Below, piece after piece: positions 59,170 through 64,000 of a stretch of DNA of 64,000 nt; within the stretch, counting starts at the first letter, position 1, and each line of letters opens with the position of its first letter. The notes beneath the pieces are model-generated. The model saw only the letters and a list, made by a program, of their open reading frames with translations. It searched no databases and was not told the DNA's origin. A program made the translations under genes and the position numbers. Origin of the DNA: the human T2T-CHM13v2.0 reference genome, Homo sapiens; contig CP086569.2 in assembly GCA_009914755.4 (NCBI GenBank), forward strand, positions 18,208,001 to 18,272,000, in the 5' to 3' direction.

Positions 59170-59346
59170 TTTTTTTTTTTTAGATGGAGTCTTGCTCTTT
59201 CGCCCAGGCCGGACTGCAGTGGCACTCTCTCTGCTCACTGCAACCTCCGCCTCCTGGATTCACGCCATTCTCCCGCCTTAGCCTCCTGAGTAGCCGGGAC
59301 TACAGGCACCCGCCACAACACCAGGCTAATTTTTTTGTATTTTTTA
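59170..59346 (-). mobile_element. 5'-truncated Alu (right monomer) on the - strand
   Basis: tttttttttttttagatggagtcttgctctttcgcccaggccggactgcagtggcactctctctgctcactgcaacctccgcctcctggattcacgccattctcccgccttagcctcctgagtagccgggactacaggcacccgccacaacaccaggctaattttttt. Confidence 0.85.
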
Positions 59347-59440
59347 AGCAATATTTTAAGTACTATAAAAATAAAATACAATGAATGATTTATCCAGCGA
59401 AAGAAATCATTTCACTGAGGCCACCAAGTATTTCTCTATT

Positions 59441-59660
59441 TGTTTTTAATTTTTTTGGGTGTGTTGACACGTGGTTTCCCTATGTTGTCTGGGCTGGTCT
59501 TGAGCTCTTAGGCTCAAGCAATCCTCTGTTATTTATTTTTATTTTTATTGTTCTTTTAGCGTCAGGATCTTGCTCTGTCATCCAAGCTGGAGTGCCATGA
59601 TACAATCATAGCTCATTGTGACCTCAAATTCCTGGGTTCAAGTCACCTTCTTCCTGCCTC
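59441..59660 (-). repeat. Old Alu/FLAM-derived fragments in antisense orientation
   Basis: The rc of 59455-59535 matches the Alu left-monomer 3' half (gaggattgcttgagcc..agaccagcc.agacaacatagggaaacc). The rc of 59566-59660 matches the right-monomer start (tgaggcaggaagaaggtgacttgaacccaggaatttgaggtcacaatgagctatgattgtatcatggcactccagcttggatgacagagcaagatcctgac). Confidence 0.55.
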
Positions 59661-60539
59661 ACCACCCAGTATTTTAAACAGAGACCTTATATCTGGAGAT
59701 TTTCGACTCTAAAATCACAAGTCAAGCTCAGAGGTACATACTGCATGCTGGGACTAGCAAGGACCAAAATTCAACTGGAATTTAAGAGAAACTGCTCCCG
59801 GTACAAAATCTTGTGTCTGAGCCACTTCCACACCTTATATGTTTTTGTAATTGGTCAAATAATAATGATCCAGTATAGGTTGGAAAATATTATTATAATT
59901 CACATACAGGTTCATATTATACACTAGCAAATAATTATTTGGAATTGATCTAATGGTCACTAATATTTGCCTTCTATTTAATCATAAAAATATTAAAAGT
60001 AAATTTACTCTTTTTTTCTTCCATTGTAATCAATTTCTTTCACATTACTTGTTTTAATATTGTTCAGATGGTCTCCTTTTCTCTGAAGAACTTCATTTTT
60101 CTGGCTTTAGATTAAGAAGTCAGAGAATGAGTAAAATAACATAAAATAAAAGGCTAAAATAATATAAGCTTTTTTAAAGGCTCCAAATTATACATGCAGT
60201 CCCTGGAAAATGAAAAGAGAAGTCAGCCAGAGAACGTTCATTCTCCTGCGCAAGTCTGTAAAATGGTCACTTTAATTTTCAGAGTTTCCCGGCCATATCT
60301 ATCCATAACAAATGAACTAAAATGCTTGCAGTGTATGCATTTTTTCCCCAAAATCACTGATCAGGTTGAGCAATTTGGAGCACTTAGGCATATCTTTTGT
60401 TTCTTTTGCCTTGTTTTGTTTTGTTTCATCTTTCTGGGGCTCCTCACATTGTCATTTCAATATAGATCCTAAATCCCTTGAATATATTTTCTGATGGTGG
60501 TCTTTAATGTGCCTTTCATTCTGTTTTTTGATCATTTGT

Positions 60540-60853
60540 TTTTTTAGATACAGAGTCTCACTCTGTTGCCCAGGCTGGAGTGCTGTGATGTGATCATAAG
60601 TCAATGTAGCCTGGACCTCCTGGGCTCAAGAGATCCTCCTGCCTTGGCCTCCTAAGCAGTTGGAACTACAGGTGCATGCTATTATTCCTGGCTATTTCTT
60701 GTTTGTTTTGTTTTGTTTTGTTTTGTACTGATACGGTCTCTCTGTATTGCTCAGGCTGGTCTTCAACTCCTGGCCTCAAGCCATCCTCCCACTTCAGCCT
60801 CCTAAAGTGTCTGAATTACAAATATAAGCTATCACTCCTGGCCAACCTCTTAT
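60540..60853 (-). mobile_element. Old Alu (AluJ-like), full length, on the - strand
   Basis: Poly-T, then rc right monomer (agatacagagtctcactctgttgcccaggctggagtgctgtgatgtgatcataagtcaatgtagcctggacctcctgggctcaagagatcctcctgccttggcctcctaagcagttggaactacaggtg), then a T-rich linker (tttgttttg)n, then rc left monomer (...gctcaggctggtcttcaactcctggcctcaagccatcctcccacttcagcctcctaaagtgtctgaattacaaatataagctatcactcctggcc). Confidence 0.8.
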
Positions 60854-63104
60854 TCCAGAAGAAAAGGTTATATATAAAAAGATACAATATTCAATGCCTG
60901 TAGCAACAGAATGGACCCAGATAGTGCAAGGACAAGGGACTGATTAATGACTTGGTGAAAAGGGCTTTCTGTTTAACCTGCTAGGGAAACTTTAGCCTGT
61001 GAGCACTCCAGGGAGATGAATCACTTAAGTGATGTGGAAAGGCACCGAGCACAATCATCCACCAAACATAGGTGTTCTGAATGAGGTCTTGGACTGCTTA
61101 AGCTACTGGCCATCTCTCCAAAGATCAATTCTTCAACAGTGGAGAGAACAAAAAGTAAAATCAAATAGAGCAAATAGAGTGGTGCAGGGCACAATGAATG
61201 GGTGTGCATGGGTTGAAGTAGTTGAGGATGCCTTCAGACTGGGGCAGTCTTGAATGGCTCTAGAGGTTAAGAGAGGGCAAGATAACAGTTGGTTTTATTT
61301 CTCTCACATCATGGCTGTGGTATGACACAGTGACTCCTCCTTACCTGTCTTTACTCATATTGGGAGATGCAAAATCTTCTTAGCAAAATCCAGGTGGGAT
61401 AGAAGTTTGGAACTTGAGAGAAGCTGGGAAAAATTGACATGAATTGATGCACATCTGAAAATTCATTCTCCCTCTCTCTCTCTTCTGCTGGGATTCTCCT
61501 ACAGTGTAACTTGTGGAAAGGCCTGCACCCAAGTAGTTAATTGAAAATATGAGCAAACAAGTGAAGAGCTACAGTGGGATTGTTACTGCTGGAAGGTATC
61601 TGAGTAACCAGCGGCATGTGTAGCCATCTCAATTCTTGCCTCCTCAGATGATAGAATTCAACTGAGGGCCATAAGGAGAAAAAGAGACTGAAGCAAGTTT
61701 CAGAGCAGGAGTGGAAGTTTATTTAAAAAGACTTTAAAACAGGGAAGAAAGGAAAGTGCACTTGGAAGAGACCCAAGCGGGCAACTTGAAGGACAAGTGT
61801 GACATTTGACCTTGAATATAGGACTTTATAGGCTGTCCCACTTCCATGTGCACCCCTTTCCCATAATTCTTCCCTTAGGGTGGGCTGCCTATATGCACAG
61901 TGCCCTTGTTAGTCTTGGGAAATGAGCACATGCAGTGTGTTCAGTAAGTTGTATGCATGCCAGTCTGAAGCTTTCTTCTCTTTTCTGGTGGAGTGCCCCT
62001 GGAAAGTCGTATACTGCCATTCTGTCTCTTATTGCACATGGCTGGGAAGTTGCTTCTCCTTGGTGTTTGTATTCAATTAACATTTTAGTGCAAGATATGT
62101 GGACAATTAGGAAATGGCCTCCCCCTGGTGCCAGCTGCCAATTTATCCCTTTTAGAGTGGCAATGTGATAATTTTCAAACTATAATCCTATTCTCACCTG
62201 ACATTCCTGGTGGTGGTGGAAGCAACCTCTCCTGCTCTGCTCATGCCTCTCTAACCATCTGTAACAGGACAGGAAAGGCAGAACAGCTAATGAAAATAAT
62301 CTTTAGCAAGTTTGGTGATTGATTCTTCATCCCATTGAGACCTGGATGTTTACAAATTGTTTCTCACAAGTGCACATTTGGGGATGAAAAGGTAAAATGT
62401 AGAAGCATTGATTTTAAGCAACCATATCATTCATTTGCTAAACCTGTCCCCTTAAATGTATAAACTCCATCAATATTTTTTGTTTGTCCCTGAGAAGTTG
62501 CAGAATTCTACAACTTCAGAAAGATGCTAGTGCATTTGCCTAAACTAAATAAGACCTGCATGGAACTGAGCACCAAAGTAGTATGCATTGGAGGTAGAAC
62601 TAAATTAGTCTGAAGTAATGCACAAAAAAGTATCCAATAATAAAGTGTGTGGGTGTCAGATGGACCATGTTAATTGACATTTTATTTCTTAAGCATTTAG
62701 AGTATTACAATAATTGATCCCGTATTAGGCCATAAAAAAACCCTCCGCAAATATCAAAGAAAAGGTATCATGGAGATCATATGTTCTGTCTAACTTTTAA
62801 TTCATACTATTTTGACATTAGTTTACTGTAACTTATAAATAATAAAAAGAAAGTAGGAAATGAATTCCCACATACTAAATATAAATATGAATGTGCTTAG
62901 GTAAACAACTCATGGATTGCAGATGAAATCATGTAGAATTTGAAAGTATTAATAGAACTAAATAATAATGGATATACTACATAGAGAAATACTATGTTAA
63001 GTAAAATTGGTTCACTGGAGGGATTATATCCTTAGAAATTTTAAGCAAAAAACAAAGCAATTCAAAAGTGATCATCCAAGTGCTCACATAAAAACAATAA
63101 AAGG

Positions 63105-63460
63105 GGCCGGGTGTGGTGGCTCACACCTGTAATCCTCGCACTTTGGGAGATTGAAACCAGTGGATCACCAGAGTTCAGGAGTTGGTGACCAGACTAGACA
63201 ACCTGGTGAAATTTGATCTCCATAAAACATACTTTTTTTTTCTTTTTTTTTTTTTATTTTGTCATTCTGGCATCCACCTGTAGTCCCAGCTACTCAGGAA
63301 GTTGAAGTGAGAGGATTGCTTGAACCTGGGAGTCAGAGGTTGCAGTAAGCCCTGGTCACACCTCTGCACTCCAGGCTGGGTGACAGAACTACACTCTGTA
63401 TCAAGAAACAAACAGCGACAACAACCACACACACACACACACACACACAAAAACACACAG
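63105..63460 (+). mobile_element. Alu with an atypical T-rich middle linker and a (CA)n-containing tail
   Basis: ggccgggtgtggtggctcacacctgtaatcctcgcactttgggagattgaaaccagtggatcaccagagttcaggagttggtgaccag...(t-rich)...catccacctgtagtcccagctactcaggaagttgaagtgagaggattgcttgaacctgggagtcagaggttgcagtaagccctggtcacacctctgcactccaggctgggtgacagaact; the tail includes (ca)n at 63424-63452. Confidence 0.8.
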
Positions 63461-63916
63461 GAAAAAGAACAATAGCATACATTACAAGAATATGAAAGGA
63501 AAGGGATAAATAAGAGAAGAAATAAAACATATAAATTATGAAAGTTTCTAATAGTACAATTGAGAAACTTAACATAACCAACAGTTGTTCTTTGAAAAAC
63601 AACTAAGAAAACACTTTGACATAGGGGCAAATGTTAAGGGAAGGTTTAAGAATTTTGTTAAGGCTGGCTTACTAAGAAGTAAAAAAGGAATGGCTAGAAG
63701 TCTTTCAACGGTTTACAGCATCAAGCCCAGATAACTTTTATAGGTGTTCAAGAAACAGATCATCCTAGGTTTATGCAACCACACACAAAAAAAGGAAATG
63801 GAAGAGTATCAACTCATATTTTAAGGCTGTCATGTCATTCTGAACACTGAAACTTGACCAAGATTTTGAAAAAGAAAAAGAAAATAAAAAATGAATCCAT
63901 TTCACTTATAAATGTA

Positions 63917-64000
63917 CACCACATGTTCTCACTCATAGATGGGAGTTGAACAATGAGAACACATGGACACAGGAAGGGGAACATCACACTCTGGGGACTG
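63917..64000 (+). mobile_element. L1 3'-end fragment (ORF2 C-terminus and 3'UTR start), running off the window
   Basis: caccacatgttctcactcatagatgggagttgaacaatgagaacacatggacacaggaaggggaacatcacactctggggactg, which reads ...HRMFSLIGGN-stop and then the 3'UTR. Confidence 0.8.

Noticed and set aside
59347-59440. Whether Alu pieces at 59170-59346 and 59441-59535 are one Alu interrupted by a 95-bp insertion
   Set aside because: It is plausible, but the fragment order (left monomer before right monomer further downstream) is inconsistent with a single intact element. I left these as separate fragments with low confidence.

Overview
This window is human-type primate genomic DNA consisting almost entirely of interspersed repeats and simple sequence. 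I could support no host protein-coding exon, RNA gene or prokaryotic-style system from sequence alone. The recognisable content, in order: a MaLR (THE1-like) solo LTR; an internally deleted older L1; a full-length but frameshifted L1PA with target-site duplications (TSDs); a twin-primed (inverted/direct) L1; about fifteen Alu copies; three long polypurine/polypyrimidine tracts, one about 2 kb of nearly pure G+A; a heavily deleted HERV-K-like (betaretrovirus-like) provirus on the + strand with two roughly 450-bp LTRs; and a HERV9/LTR12 complex on the - strand (about 39.7-52.7 kb) with two LTR12 copies and two internal regions arranged LTR-int-LTR-int. The HERV-K provirus sits inside a pre-existing Alu, next to a second, inverted Alu. 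The most noteworthy items are structural. First, a nested insertion with matching TSDs at three levels (Alu, then HERV-K plus Alu, then AluY). Second, a zero-spacer head-to-head Alu pair. Third, the tandem HERV9 arrangement with a shared LTR and an inverted env fragment replacing the distal LTR. Fourth, the 2-kb Alu-tail-derived purine tract. All retroviral and L1 reading frames are disrupted, and the long ORFs inside the GA/CT tracts are compositional artefacts. There is no evidence of a novel functional system. The LTR12 U3 CCAAT-repeat arrays are the most plausible regulatory elements here.
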